Of a stretch of 64,000 bases of DNA, positions 15,792 to 25,572 are shown in pieces. The position numbers and the translations under genes are program-made. The notes beneath the pieces are model-generated. The model saw nothing but the letters and a program-made list of their open reading frames with translations, ran no database searches and was not told the DNA's origin. Source of the stretch: a virus (Duplodnaviria > Heunggongvirae > Uroviricota > Caudoviricetes > Herelleviridae); the IMG/VR virus record IMGVR_UViG_2974502414_000001; one strand, 5' to 3'. The first letter of the stretch is position 1, and each line of letters starts with the position of its first letter.

Positions 15792-15818
15792 AAAAAAAGG
15801 CTACTAATTAAAGTAGCC
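15792..15818 (-). terminator. intrinsic terminator GGCTACT-aattaa-AGTAGCC plus T-run (minus strand)
   Basis: read directly. Confidence 0.65.
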
Positions 15819-15828
15819 TAAATATTAA

Positions 15829-16002
15829 TTATTTAGCGTTATAAGACCAACGCCAATAACCATTTTTCTGTGAGAACTCAAAGTGAAAACCATCATAGTC
15901 AAATTCAATATTATAGTCTCCATCTTGAAGTGGTTTTGAATTTAGTACAGGACTATTACTCTTTGCCAATTCTGCTAGAAACTCATGATTTACTTTTTCC
16001 AT
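15829..16002 (-). CDS. hypothetical small protein (57 aa, below cutoff)
   Basis: manual translation MEKVNHEFLAELAKSNSPVLNSKPLQDGDYNIEFDYDGFHFEFSQKNGYWRWSYNAK; strong RBS TTAGGAGG. Confidence 0.5.
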   Translation of the reverse strand: MEKVNHEFLAELAKSNSPVLNSKPLQDGDYNIEFDYDGFHFEFSQKNGYWRWSYNAK

Positions 16003-16042
16003 AGGGTTTATTCCTCCTAATTATTCTTACAGTACTAATATA

Positions 16043-16525
16043 TCATAGGTCTTTTTCTAAGTCATTTTTAAAAGTTTCCTCGTAAGAACTAGCGTAAGTA
16101 ACCTCATAACCCACTACGTTAGTATATCCTACATATAATGACTTATAATTAGATTTTATCTTAATATCTTCTGATTGTTCTAGCTTATTTAAGACTTCAC
16201 CTAAATCATCTGAAGAATAGTGTTCATTATCTATTGTTATTGTTTTACCTTGGGTATAGATATCAATTTCTTGTATCATCATTTCATCCTTTTGATTATT
16301 CATTATTTGATTATAAGTTTCTAAATCATCAATGTTATCTGTATCTGAACCTTTTACTAACCATTCTCCTCTCTTCTTAAGGAGGTCATCAAACTTCTCA
16401 TGCTCTTTAATTATCTTTTCTACCTCACTTGGTATTAACACAGCCCTAGCATAGTTTATATGCCACATAGACATATTATCAATAAGATAATTAACCATTC
16501 TTATAATCTCTTTTTCATTTGCCAT
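16043..16525 (-). CDS. hypothetical protein (160 aa)
   Basis: ORF track. Confidence 0.55.
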   Translation of the reverse strand: MANEKEIIRMVNYLIDNMSMWHINYARAVLIPSEVEKIIKEHEKFDDLLKKRGEWLVKGSDTDNIDDLETYNQIMNNQKDEMMIQEIDIYTQGKTITIDNEHYSSDDLGEVLNKLEQSEDIKIKSNYKSLYVGYTNVVGYEVTYASSYEETFKNDLEKDL

Positions 16526-16574
16526 ATACCAACCTCCTTATATCTATTACTAATATAAGAGAAAAGCAGACTTA

Positions 16575-17117
16575 TTAAAAGTCTGCTTCTGTACCTAATT
16601 CTAATCTTCTATTTTTCATATGAGGAATCATTTTTTTATCTCCTGTTAATAGAGATAATTCTCTAGCTTTTTCTTTAGATAATGTTAGTAGTCCATTATA
16701 ATTATCTACTTTACTATTATATTGTCTGACTAAGTACTCTAGTTCATCTTCTATACCTGCTAGTTCTCCTGATTTAACTCCAAGTAACTTTCTATACATG
16801 TCATAATCTTCAGAAAGACTTTCTACTTTGTTTTTAGATACAGAATCATAAACTGCTTGTAAATTACCTTCTTCAATAAGTTTAAAATTATATTCACCAA
16901 TGATTAATTCTTTTTCAGAAGAGTCAAGGGTAACTAAACCACTTGTATTACCTGTAAAGTCACCTTTATAATCTACAACAATTCCTTCAGTTATTTTATC
17001 TCCTAATTCAATAGTCCCATCTTCATTTTCTTTAAATTTATGAGCATCATAAACTTCTACTTTGTCACCTAATCTCAAATCTTGAGTTAAGTTATGTTTA
17101 CCGATAATTCTATCCAT
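16575..17117 (-). CDS. hypothetical protein (180 aa)
   Basis: ORF track. Confidence 0.55.
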   Translation of the reverse strand: MDRIIGKHNLTQDLRLGDKVEVYDAHKFKENEDGTIELGDKITEGIVVDYKGDFTGNTSGLVTLDSSEKELIIGEYNFKLIEEGNLQAVYDSVSKNKVESLSEDYDMYRKLLGVKSGELAGIEDELEYLVRQYNSKVDNYNGLLTLSKEKARELSLLTGDKKMIPHMKNRRLELGTEADF

Positions 17118-17650
17118 TACTTAACCTCTCCTTTATTAATAGGGTCTTGTGTTAAGAACATTTCTAAGTTCTCTTTTGTAATAGGTAACCAAAAATATTT
17201 ACTTTCCGGAATTGTAACTGTATAGAAGTCTTCATCATTATTAACTTTGATGTTAACATCTGTAAACTCATCTTGCATTAACCAATGGGTTACAGTTAAG
17301 TTATATGACCCATCACTAACATATCCTAAATCAATATCATGTCTAAAAGCCAAATCTTCTAAATGTTCTAATAAATCATTCTTTTCATTATGTTTTTCTT
17401 CTTCTGTATTATTTTTAATTGGGTTAATTAACTCTGTACAAACGATATCGTACAATTCACCATCTGTAACCTCATAGTTCTTTTCAATTAATACATCTTG
17501 TATTTTATTGATTGAATTTGTAACTACTTTCCCATATTCTTCTTCTGTAAATTTACATTTATCTAAATCAACATCTGTAATTAATTCTGCAATCCATTTA
17601 TTTAAAATTGATACTGCCATTGTTCTAGAAATAATACTATCGTATACCAT
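17117..17650 (-). CDS. hypothetical protein (177 aa)
   Basis: ORF track. Confidence 0.55.
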   Translation of the reverse strand: MVYDSIISRTMAVSILNKWIAELITDVDLDKCKFTEEEYGKVVTNSINKIQDVLIEKNYEVTDGELYDIVCTELINPIKNNTEEEKHNEKNDLLEHLEDLAFRHDIDLGYVSDGSYNLTVTHWLMQDEFTDVNIKVNNDEDFYTVTIPESKYFWLPITKENLEMFLTQDPINKGEVK

Positions 17651-17652
17651 AT

Positions 17653-17817
17653 TTATTTAATCTCCTTATTTAGGTGAATGTGGTCTTCTAATGAAAAATC
17701 AAAAGGCGCTACACCATTTCTTTTATTATTTGTTTCTTTTTTAAGTATAACATAAGTTAGTGAAAAAGTCAAGATAGTTACTACAGCTATTGATAAAAGT
17801 TTAATCGGGTTTTTCAT
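17653..17817 (-). CDS. small secreted or membrane protein (54 aa, below cutoff)
   Basis: manual translation MKNPIKLLSIAVVTILTFSLTYVILKKETNNKRNGVAPFDFSLEDHIHLNKEIK; stop abuts next start. Confidence 0.45.
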   Translation of the reverse strand: MKNPIKLLSIAVVTILTFSLTYVILKKETNNKRNGVAPFDFSLEDHIHLNKEIK

Positions 17818-17819
17818 AG

Positions 17820-18098
17820 TTACTCTAACTCCTTAAGTTTATTTTTTACTTTCTCTTTATCGTACTTATAATCTTTACTAGAGTTTTCATTTTTTTCTTT
17901 CTCTTCTTCATTAAGTTCTCTATACTGAGCTTCTTCTACCTCTTGTTCTTTATTATCGTTATCTTCTTCTGCTTTTTGAATTTCTACATTTTTACTATTA
18001 CCACCATTTACCTTTTTTCTAAAAAGAAACCAAAGTATTAATAAAATGATGAGTAAAATAATAATGCTTAATACAACAGCCCAAATATTATTAGCCAT
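17820..18098 (-). CDS. membrane-anchored acidic protein (92 aa)
   Basis: ORF track; N-terminal TM, Glu/Lys-rich tail. Confidence 0.5.
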   Translation of the reverse strand: MANNIWAVVLSIIILLIILLILWFLFRKKVNGGNSKNVEIQKAEEDNDNKEQEVEEAQYRELNEEEKEKNENSSKDYKYDKEKVKNKLKELE

Positions 18099-18943
18099 TA
18101 CAACCTACCTCCGAATAGTTTTTTTACAGCTCTTAAGTTTTCAGATGAATCGTTATTTATATCAATCCCTACGCTAGAATCAAAAATTACAGCATTATCA
18201 AGTATATGCTCTGTTAATTTATTACCATAACTACTTTTACTTACCACACTACCATAACCATGATTAGTTAGGTCAACCATATCAGGTTCAACTTCTAGTA
18301 CTCTAAAAGATATTCTACGTAAGAATGAAGGATTTACTAAGTAAAAGGAAGATTTAAAAACATTTAATCTTTGATAAGAATGTTTTATATTAACAACAAA
18401 CCCTGTTAACTTATCTTCATACCCTGAATTTGATAATTTACCTAAGTAAAGGTTTATACTATATCCTTTTGTTTCTAATGTTTGAATAGCACTTAACATT
18501 ATAGCACCTCTATAAGCAAGATTTTCAGGGTCTTCCATCCAACTAATACTAGAATTATAAAATACATCAATAACTTTCTTCTCTGCTTTAACTCTTTGCT
18601 GAGACATCATAGAATTAGGTAATCCTTTTATAGCATTAGGTACGTGAGGTTGATATCCTTCCGGAGCTACGACAGGTTTTCTTTTTACTGACTTATCCAT
18701 TCTAAATAATGCATCTGTCATTTTTTTAAGTTTAACTACCATATCATATGACTCTCTATCACCCTTAACCATTAAGTTATAGGCTTCTTGAAAACTATGA
18801 GTCCCTGTAAAATCATAGCTACCTGTATCTGATGAATTATCTCTACCTGAAACTCTATTCTTTTTTAAAGCAGAAAAGAAATCAGGTAGACCATCATATT
18901 TAATTACATTTAATTCTGAGTTATCTATTAATCGTCTACCCAT
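18098..18943 (-). CDS. hypothetical protein (281 aa), likely partner of adjacent AAA ATPase
   Basis: ORF track; start overlaps upstream gene; genomic pairing. Confidence 0.55.
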   Translation of the reverse strand: MGRRLIDNSELNVIKYDGLPDFFSALKKNRVSGRDNSSDTGSYDFTGTHSFQEAYNLMVKGDRESYDMVVKLKKMTDALFRMDKSVKRKPVVAPEGYQPHVPNAIKGLPNSMMSQQRVKAEKKVIDVFYNSSISWMEDPENLAYRGAIMLSAIQTLETKGYSINLYLGKLSNSGYEDKLTGFVVNIKHSYQRLNVFKSSFYLVNPSFLRRISFRVLEVEPDMVDLTNHGYGSVVSKSSYGNKLTEHILDNAVIFDSSVGIDINNDSSENLRAVKKLFGGRL

Positions 18944-18954
18944 TGATTTGCCTC

Positions 18955-20082
18955 CTATTCTAATCCTAATTTATCCATAATTGTATCAAAGTCCATTGAA
19001 TCTTTTGATGTACTATCAGATTTTCTAGGTTCCTGCTTAGGCTCTTGTTGCATACCTAAAAGCTTTCTTGTTGCTTCTGTGTATCTGTTACCTTCAGGTA
19101 AAGAGCTAATAAATTGATTAATCTCATCTTTCGGTACAGATTTAAAGATAATACTTTCTACAACAAACTCATCTTCCATTACTCCATCTAATTTACTACC
19201 ATTAATAATTGCACGCATTGAGAATACATAAGGTAATCCTTTTTCATCATTCTCATGTCTTAATTGTTGTACAAAGTTAACTAGGTCTTCATTGCTTGAT
19301 AGTTGATGTTCCACCTTAGTATCATAGTCAAATTCAACTTGAGCAAAGCGGTCTAATGTAGCTCCGTCTAATTGTTGTCTACCTACATAAATGTGGTCTG
19401 CTCCTGTTCCCATAGTATTACCTGCTGACACAACTCTGAAATCTTCATGAGCTGTTACACGTCCAATAGGGAAGTCAAAGTATTTATTTGCAATAGCTGA
19501 ATTAAGAATTAATAGTACTTCAGGAATAGATGCATCCATTTCATCTAAGAAGAATAACCCACCTTTTGTAAATGCTTTATAGAATTGAGTTTCATGAAAC
19601 TTACCATTTGCATCAATAAATCCTGTTAATTTAAATTCTTGCGTAATTGCATTACTAAAATAGAAATCTAAATCTAGGGCTTCTGCTACTTGTTCCAATA
19701 CATGGTTCTTACCTGAACCTGCTCCACCCTTTAAAAATACTGGAATATTTTGGTTAACTAACTTTAGTATATCTTGATATCTATAATGGAAAATTCCTGA
19801 TATATCTTTGATTGTTTTTCCTTCTTGTTGTAATTCAATTTTAACTGGTAAATTACTAAGTTGTTCTTCTACATATTCTTCAATTTGTTTTTTAACGTCA
19901 GTAATAATAATTTCTCTACTCTCAGTTCCTGCTTTCTCAACAATTGCATCTACAATTGCTTGTTCGTACGGATTAGAGTTTTTCTCTCCTAGTTTTTCTG
20001 CTAAATCTGCTGTTGTTTCCATTTGTTGCTCTACCAATCTCTCTAATCTTTCAATAGTATCTTGCTTTGCCATATTTATCAT
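18955..20082 (-). CDS. AAA+ ATPase, MoxR/CbbQ-like (AAA_5)
   Basis: 375 aa; Walker A GGAGSGKN, Walker B FFLDEMD, sensor region. Confidence 0.75.
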   Translation of the reverse strand: MINMAKQDTIERLERLVEQQMETTADLAEKLGEKNSNPYEQAIVDAIVEKAGTESREIIITDVKKQIEEYVEEQLSNLPVKIELQQEGKTIKDISGIFHYRYQDILKLVNQNIPVFLKGGAGSGKNHVLEQVAEALDLDFYFSNAITQEFKLTGFIDANGKFHETQFYKAFTKGGLFFLDEMDASIPEVLLILNSAIANKYFDFPIGRVTAHEDFRVVSAGNTMGTGADHIYVGRQQLDGATLDRFAQVEFDYDTKVEHQLSSNEDLVNFVQQLRHENDEKGLPYVFSMRAIINGSKLDGVMEDEFVVESIIFKSVPKDEINQFISSLPEGNRYTEATRKLLGMQQEPKQEPRKSDSTSKDSMDFDTIMDKLGLE

Positions 20083-20106
20083 TCTCCTTTGATTTGTTAT
20101 ACATTT

Positions 20107-20135
20107 ATTATATTACAAGTATTTGAATTTGTCAA
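20107..20135 (-). promoter_or_regulatory. promoter TTGACA-17-TATAAT for AAA ATPase gene
   Basis: reverse complement of 20130-20135 = TTGACA, of 20107-20112 = TATAAT. Confidence 0.55.
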
Positions 20136-20225
20136 CAACTTTCTAAAACTTTTTTTAGTTGCTAATAAAAAAAATACCTTACACCTATAACTTAACATAG
20201 GGTAAGGTAATTGTCAACACTTTTA

Positions 20226-20552
20226 TTAAAAATACATTAATTTAAAAAAATCATCAATATCTTTAGTTTCATGTGTATCCATATCATACATAAACATACA
20301 ATTATATGTATGATTATTCATTATTTCTAACATGTTATGCATAGAAGTTGCATTATTGAATTCCTCTAAATCAATAGTTACCGTAAGTTCTTGACCTTCA
20401 TAAAGTATGTTTGCTATATAATATTTCCTAACACCTTCCATTGTTCCATGGGAAGTTTCATTATGATTAAGTACTTCTACACCTAGTGAAGGTAAATATT
20501 CTGAAAAGTAATATTTACAGAAATATATAAAATTGTCTGTTCTTTTAGACAC
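20226..20552 (-). CDS. hypothetical protein (108 aa)
   Basis: ORF track. Confidence 0.5.
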   Translation of the reverse strand: MSKRTDNFIYFCKYYFSEYLPSLGVEVLNHNETSHGTMEGVRKYYIANILYEGQELTVTIDLEEFNNATSMHNMLEIMNNHTYNCMFMYDMDTHETKDIDDFFKLMYF

Positions 20553-20994
20553 GAGTACTATCTCCGTACTTTATATTTCTTTCTAATCGTACATAATATG
20601 TTTTAATTTTTTGTACTTCTTTATCTACTGCATCCTTTCTTCCTAACCTTGTAGTATATTTTACAATATTAAATATCATAGAATCAACAAAGCCATCATA
20701 AGAAAAATGTTCTTCTAGAAAAGAAATAACATCCTTGCTACCTTTATAGTGTTCAGGTAAATGTGCATCTACTTGTATATTATAATAATCTTCTAAAAGA
20801 CCTATACTCTCACCAAGACTAGATAAAGCGTAACCTAAATCATTTGAATCATTAGACCATTCTTTAGATACTGATAGTGCATCTTCTATAATTGTTACTT
20901 TTAATTTATCTAAATAATCTTCTACTTGAGCTTGTGTTTTCATAAATTCTTTTGCGTTCATGTAATACCCTCCTAAATTATATAAAAAAAACAC
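20545..20994 (-). CDS. hypothetical protein (149 aa)
   Basis: ORF track. Confidence 0.5.
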   Translation of the reverse strand: MFFLYNLGGYYMNAKEFMKTQAQVEDYLDKLKVTIIEDALSVSKEWSNDSNDLGYALSSLGESIGLLEDYYNIQVDAHLPEHYKGSKDVISFLEEHFSYDGFVDSMIFNIVKYTTRLGRKDAVDKEVQKIKTYYVRLERNIKYGDSTRV

Positions 20995-21093
20995 CCTGCT
21001 TGGCTACAAGCAAGGTGAAAAAGGAAAGATATTATGGAAGTGTACTATCTAAGTACACCTCATAATATAACAGTTTTCCTTGCTAGTTATTAC

Positions 21094-21396
21094 TTATTTT
21101 TTAAGGTCTTCTTCTTTGACAAACACTCCATTAATAAGCTTACCTTTTCTGTCTTTTATCTCATCATAAGCCATATCAATACACTCTTCAATATCTATAT
21201 CTAACTGTAAGCATAGTACTGTTAATACTACAAAAATATCCCCAACACTATCTCTTGTTACATGGTCATTACTTTTAGCAATACCTGAAGCTAATTCTCC
21301 TGCTTCTTCTAATAACTTTAGCATTTGACCCTCGGGTTTACCTGTTTGTAAATTTCTATCTTTTGCCCATTGTTTAATAAGTTCTACTTTTTCCAT
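21094..21396 (-). CDS. MazG-like nucleotide pyrophosphohydrolase
   Basis: 100 aa; EEAGELASGIAK plus acidic metal-binding helix. Confidence 0.7.
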   Translation of the reverse strand: MEKVELIKQWAKDRNLQTGKPEGQMLKLLEEAGELASGIAKSNDHVTRDSVGDIFVVLTVLCLQLDIDIEECIDMAYDEIKDRKGKLINGVFVKEEDLKK

Positions 21397-21584
21397 TATT
21401 CTATATCTCCTTTAATTTCTGTATCTTTGATAATTAGGTTATCAGAGTCACTTGTTACATTTAAATTATCTTCAACTAATTCATGTAGATTATTAGTAAT
21501 ATCTTCTTCATACCTATAACCTACACGAACATAAGCTTTAACTCTGATATCTATATTAACATAATCTTCTTGTAATTTTTCCAT
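21396..21584 (-). CDS. hypothetical protein (62 aa)
   Basis: ORF track. Confidence 0.45.
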   Translation of the reverse strand: MEKLQEDYVNIDIRVKAYVRVGYRYEEDITNNLHELVEDNLNVTSDSDNLIIKDTEIKGDIE

Positions 21585-21627
21585 TTCTAACTTCCTTTAT
21601 TATATCATATTATTATACTATTGTCAA

Positions 21628-21789
21628 TTAATCTGAGTAGTTTCCTTTAGCAAGTTGATACTTTTTGTGTAATTCTTCATATAATTCTCTCATACCTTCA
21701 TAGTTTCTCATATCATCTTCCAAGAAACTAAGGTAATCTAATAATACTTTTACATCCTCAGGTTCTAAAGTTATAACTGGTTTTACCAT
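21628..21789 (-). CDS. hypothetical small protein (53 aa, below cutoff), translationally coupled (TAATG) to upstream gene
   Basis: manual translation MVKPVITLEPEDVKVLLDYLSFLEDDMRNYEGMRELYEELHKKYQLAKGNYSD. Confidence 0.45.
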   Translation of the reverse strand: MVKPVITLEPEDVKVLLDYLSFLEDDMRNYEGMRELYEELHKKYQLAKGNYSD

Positions 21790-23837
21790 TAGGCAACCTC
21801 CTTAAATTCTTCTTTATTTATTTTCTTAATATCTTTTTCTAATGCTTCTTTTAATTCATTAGGTAATTTATAGGCATCAATTGATTGTTGTTGACCTAAT
21901 ACATAACCATTATCTGTAATACGTATTTCCACTGTAAACCATGAATTATCTAAATCTTCTTCTAATCTTGCTAATAATATTAAACAACTATTTTTTAGAA
22001 TTCTGTTAGCATACCCACCAACACAATGAGATAACATTTTACCTTCATCTTTAAGTTTACTTACAGTATCTGCAGGAAGGAATTTTACTTTTCTACCATC
22101 TTTTAATTTATAAGTTTTATCAATTATTTTTTCTAATTTATTATCATATTTAGCTTTAAGTTCTGCATCATCTAATTGTTGTTGTATAGATTGTTTCTCA
22201 TCTGTAACTATATCATGTTCTAGTTTTAGTGAAAATGGTGTTAAACTAACACTCTCTAATGTTCTATAACCTTCTCTTATTAATATTGATAAATCATGTA
22301 AATAGTCAAGATAATATCTATCTAGCGCATACCCTGTTATACGTTGTCTGTCTTGAGCATCTACATCTAAATAGTGCGTCATCTTTTTGTAATTAGCAAA
22401 AGATATAGATAATATTTGATTTACAATAGGTTTAACTTTTAAAGCATCTGTAACATCTCTTGAATCTCTAACCATTAAAAAGGTATCGTCAAACAATTGG
22501 TGTAAATTAACTTCATTGTGTAAATGATTATAGTGCTTATAGAGAATATTAGCAAATCTTAAGTAATTACCTTGCTCAAATTTATTTAAAGTTAGTAACT
22601 TTTTATAAGTCTGTTTTGTAAGATTGAAGGCTTCATGAACTTTCCATTTAGGTTTTTTAGGTATATGGAATAGTAATGCATTTCTTTCAAATAACCCAAA
22701 TTCTTCTAAGTTATTTATTTTATCAATATTTTTAACAATATCTGTTAAAGTTATTAAGTAATTAGAAGTTGAATTTTCTCCTATAAAAATCCTATATTTA
22801 TCTCCTCTATAATTTATATGACCATAAACATCTGTATTATCAGGACACCAACTAGAAAAATCAAAATTATGGTGCTCTAATGTTTGTTCTATTATCTTTA
22901 TTATAATTCCTCTAGTTAAGTTAGGTTGTGCATAGTTTTTTAAAATAACATTTAATAAAACAGATAAAGTTAATTCATTCTTATATTCACTTTTACTAAT
23001 ATCATCTTTATATAGGTTTAAAGTTATTTCTTTATTAACAAGACTATCTGTTAAGAAAACTTTAACTTCTCCTGTTTTAACGTCAAATGAGCTTTTATTT
23101 TCTAAAGTCCATTTATTACCCATATTATGTTTATCTCTAATATGTTTAACTTTAAGACCGAAAGATGAATAGTTTTCAGTACTTGGATGCATGTACCAAA
23201 CACGGCTATATAATTCATCTGTCATAGCACTATAGTACTCACTAGAACCTTTTTCTATATCTTCATTCATAACAATAATAGATGAATTTATAAGACCATA
23301 TTTACCTTGGTCTAGTACATCCATAATATCATTATTTAAACTATCTACTACTTTTTTATATTCTTCTAATTGTCTAGATTCATGCCTCCATAAATGGTCA
23401 TTACCTTCTAGTTCTTTAATTTTTTCTTCAACATAACCTTTCGATTGTATACGTCTTCTACTCTTATCACCATATACAGGAAAATCTTTTCTTTCTTCTC
23501 TATTAGATTCAATATACTCTTTGTAACTTCTTCCTTTATTATCATCAACTACACCTTCAACTAATTTTTCAACTGTTTCATAAGGGTTACCTTCAAAGTT
23601 TGTTACTTCTTTATTACCACATAGGGCTAAAAATAAATGTATTTCTGTGGCTGTATCAAAACTAAATATATTATGAATATCTCTAAATAATTCTTTAGAA
23701 CCTAAGTTAATTATATTATTTTTCTTTTTCTTAAGAAATACATCTTCTTCTCCTATATAGATACATCCTTTATTAACCTTAGGTAAATTAATAATTTCTT
23801 GTTCTGTTAATCCTTTTTGTTTATAAGTTATTGCCAT
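21789..23837 (-). CDS. large protein with C-terminal PcfJ-like domain (682 aa)
   Basis: C-terminus LSHCVGGYANRILKNSCLILLAR resembles PcfJ-like signature. Confidence 0.55.
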   Translation of the reverse strand: MAITYKQKGLTEQEIINLPKVNKGCIYIGEEDVFLKKKKNNIINLGSKELFRDIHNIFSFDTATEIHLFLALCGNKEVTNFEGNPYETVEKLVEGVVDDNKGRSYKEYIESNREERKDFPVYGDKSRRRIQSKGYVEEKIKELEGNDHLWRHESRQLEEYKKVVDSLNNDIMDVLDQGKYGLINSSIIVMNEDIEKGSSEYYSAMTDELYSRVWYMHPSTENYSSFGLKVKHIRDKHNMGNKWTLENKSSFDVKTGEVKVFLTDSLVNKEITLNLYKDDISKSEYKNELTLSVLLNVILKNYAQPNLTRGIIIKIIEQTLEHHNFDFSSWCPDNTDVYGHINYRGDKYRIFIGENSTSNYLITLTDIVKNIDKINNLEEFGLFERNALLFHIPKKPKWKVHEAFNLTKQTYKKLLTLNKFEQGNYLRFANILYKHYNHLHNEVNLHQLFDDTFLMVRDSRDVTDALKVKPIVNQILSISFANYKKMTHYLDVDAQDRQRITGYALDRYYLDYLHDLSILIREGYRTLESVSLTPFSLKLEHDIVTDEKQSIQQQLDDAELKAKYDNKLEKIIDKTYKLKDGRKVKFLPADTVSKLKDEGKMLSHCVGGYANRILKNSCLILLARLEEDLDNSWFTVEIRITDNGYVLGQQQSIDAYKLPNELKEALEKDIKKINKEEFKEVA

Positions 23838-23867
23838 TTAAAATCACTCCTTATTTGTTATGTACTA

Positions 23868-23896
23868 ATCATACCATAGTAAATAATATTTGTCAA
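23868..23896 (-). promoter_or_regulatory. promoter TTGACA-17-TATGAT
   Basis: reverse-complement reading. Confidence 0.45.
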
Positions 23897-23914
23897 CAAA
23901 AAAAGAAGAACTTT

Positions 23915-24178
23915 TTAAAGTCCTTCTAAATGAGTTTCGTATATAACTTTTTGAATTTTATTTAATGGTTCTAAATCTAAATTCATAATAAGTTTTTTAT
24001 ACTTTCTTGAATTTTTAAAATTGATAGTATTTGGCATAGCAAGAGCTTCATCAACATCTTTAGTATAGCTTACAACATCTGAATAGATATCTACTTCTTT
24101 TACATATAGACCTTGAGTTAGACTCCTAAATACTACCTCATTATGTGCTATAATTTCTTCTTTCTTTTCTATGCTCAT
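23915..24178 (-). CDS. hypothetical protein (87 aa)
   Basis: ORF track. Confidence 0.5.
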   Translation of the reverse strand: MSIEKKEEIIAHNEVVFRSLTQGLYVKEVDIYSDVVSYTKDVDEALAMPNTINFKNSRKYKKLIMNLDLEPLNKIQKVIYETHLEGL

Positions 24179-24194
24179 TTATAAACCTCCTGGT

Positions 24195-24368
24195 CTACTC
24201 TACACAAACAAGTACGTATTCTAAATTAGTTAAAGAAACTGATTTAATATTGTTTAATTCTTGTAATTTCTTAATTTCCACATCATAGTTCTTACTTATA
24301 GTCCATAATGTCTCTCCTGCTCTTACTTTGTGATAATATTTATTTCCCTCTTTGATAAGGTCATTCAA
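24195..24368 (-). CDS. stand-alone LysM-domain protein (57 aa, TTG start, missing from ORF track)
   Basis: manual translation LNDLIKEGNKYYHKVRAGETLWTISKNYDVEIKKLQELNNIKSVSLTNLEYVLVCVE; RBS AAGGAGG 9 nt upstream. Confidence 0.5.
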   Translation of the reverse strand: MNDLIKEGNKYYHKVRAGETLWTISKNYDVEIKKLQELNNIKSVSLTNLEYVLVCVE

Positions 24369-24374
24369 TATTAC

Positions 24375-24953
24375 CTACCTCCTTGAGTAATAATTAGCTT
24401 GTAGATAACATATAAGTATAAGAACAAAGTTTACAAATTCAGTAGCTATAATATGAACATAGGTATGTGTTAAAACCATACTTACAATTAATGAAGCTAA
24501 TCCTAATCCAATAATAAGAAATAGAAATCTATTTGTTCCTTCTGCACTTTTAGTTTTATAAAAGGTTGTTATCTGAGTTACATACGCAAGGATAATAGTA
24601 ATAGTTGCTACAGTTTGTGTTAAGGCTGTAAAGTCACTTAATAAAAATAGTAACAGTGAGAACACAATAATAAAAGGTATAGAGAAATAGTCCTTTTTTC
24701 TATATGAAGCTACTAATAAGCAAACAATACCTAAGGTTAAATTAAGACCTACAGATACTATTTGAAATACTGAAGCATCAGTTAATAATAAGTTGTAAAA
24801 ACTTATACCTACTGTAGCTACAATTAAATACCAAAAATAGTTACTAACTCCCTTGACACTTTCTGCTTTAACTAATGCTACTAAACCTGGTATATATCCT
24901 ACTGTAATTAATATAGCATATAATATACTTAAGTAATGTGATAAATTATCCAT
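24375..24953 (-). CDS. polytopic membrane protein (192 aa), possibly PnuC-like transporter
   Basis: 6-7 hydrophobic segments; transporter assignment is a weak inference. Confidence 0.5.
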   Translation of the reverse strand: MDNLSHYLSILYAILITVGYIPGLVALVKAESVKGVSNYFWYLIVATVGISFYNLLLTDASVFQIVSVGLNLTLGIVCLLVASYRKKDYFSIPFIIVFSLLLFLLSDFTALTQTVATITIILAYVTQITTFYKTKSAEGTNRFLFLIIGLGLASLIVSMVLTHTYVHIIATEFVNFVLILICYLQANYYSRR

Positions 24954-25572
24954 CTTGTTCCCCTAATTTCTCTAATCTATTAATAACTTCTTCCCATGAA
25001 ATAAATCCTTCTCCGTCTGTTAGTTCTAAAACCATACCATACACAAATTGGTTCGTACTAAATTCAGCTCTGTCAGGGTCATTGTATGGTTTACCATGTC
25101 CTTGTCTAATATCCGAGCAGTAGATTAATACGGGTTTATTTACAATGTTTTCAAGTTTATCTACTATTAATTCTTCTTCAGTATTTAATGACGTTTCAAA
25201 CTTATTTGTAAAATAATTAAAATACTCTTCTCCATTATCATATATATGGTTAATTGTTTCTTCTGCTTGATGTTTCATACCTAATAAAATACCGAGTTCT
25301 GCAATTGTTCCTAATCCTTCATTAAGGATATCAAATACAAAAATATCTGATTCTTGCATAGCCTTAAAGTCATTAGTTAAAATACGTTCTGCTAGCTTAG
25401 TTTGTTCTGCATTAGCTTTATCATTTATTGACTTATCTTTGTGAGGGCTATAAGGAGTTACTCCTACAATGCCATCTACTTCTTTATGTTGTTTATCTCT
25501 GTAATCTACCATAGCTTCATTTAGGATATGTCCACCCATATAAATTACTTTGTCTTTAATTTTATTACCCAT
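24946..25572 (-). CDS. nucleoside 2-deoxyribosyltransferase-like protein
   Basis: 208 aa; IYMGGHIL and DILNEGLGTIAELG resemble the NDT fold active site. Confidence 0.5.
   Translation of the reverse strand: MGNKIKDKVIYMGGHILNEAMVDYRDKQHKEVDGIVGVTPYSPHKDKSINDKANAEQTKLAERILTNDFKAMQESDIFVFDILNEGLGTIAELGILLGMKHQAEETINHIYDNGEEYFNYFTNKFETSLNTEEELIVDKLENIVNKPVLIYCSDIRQGHGKPYNDPDRAEFSTNQFVYGMVLELTDGEGFISWEEVINRLEKLGEQDG

Noticed and set aside
20175-20217. TTGTCAACA box at 20209 as a promoter
   Set aside because: No acceptable -10 at 16-18 nt spacing. The adjacent inverted repeat ACCTTAC/GTAAGGT plus T-run on the minus strand is better explained as the terminator of gene 20226..20552.
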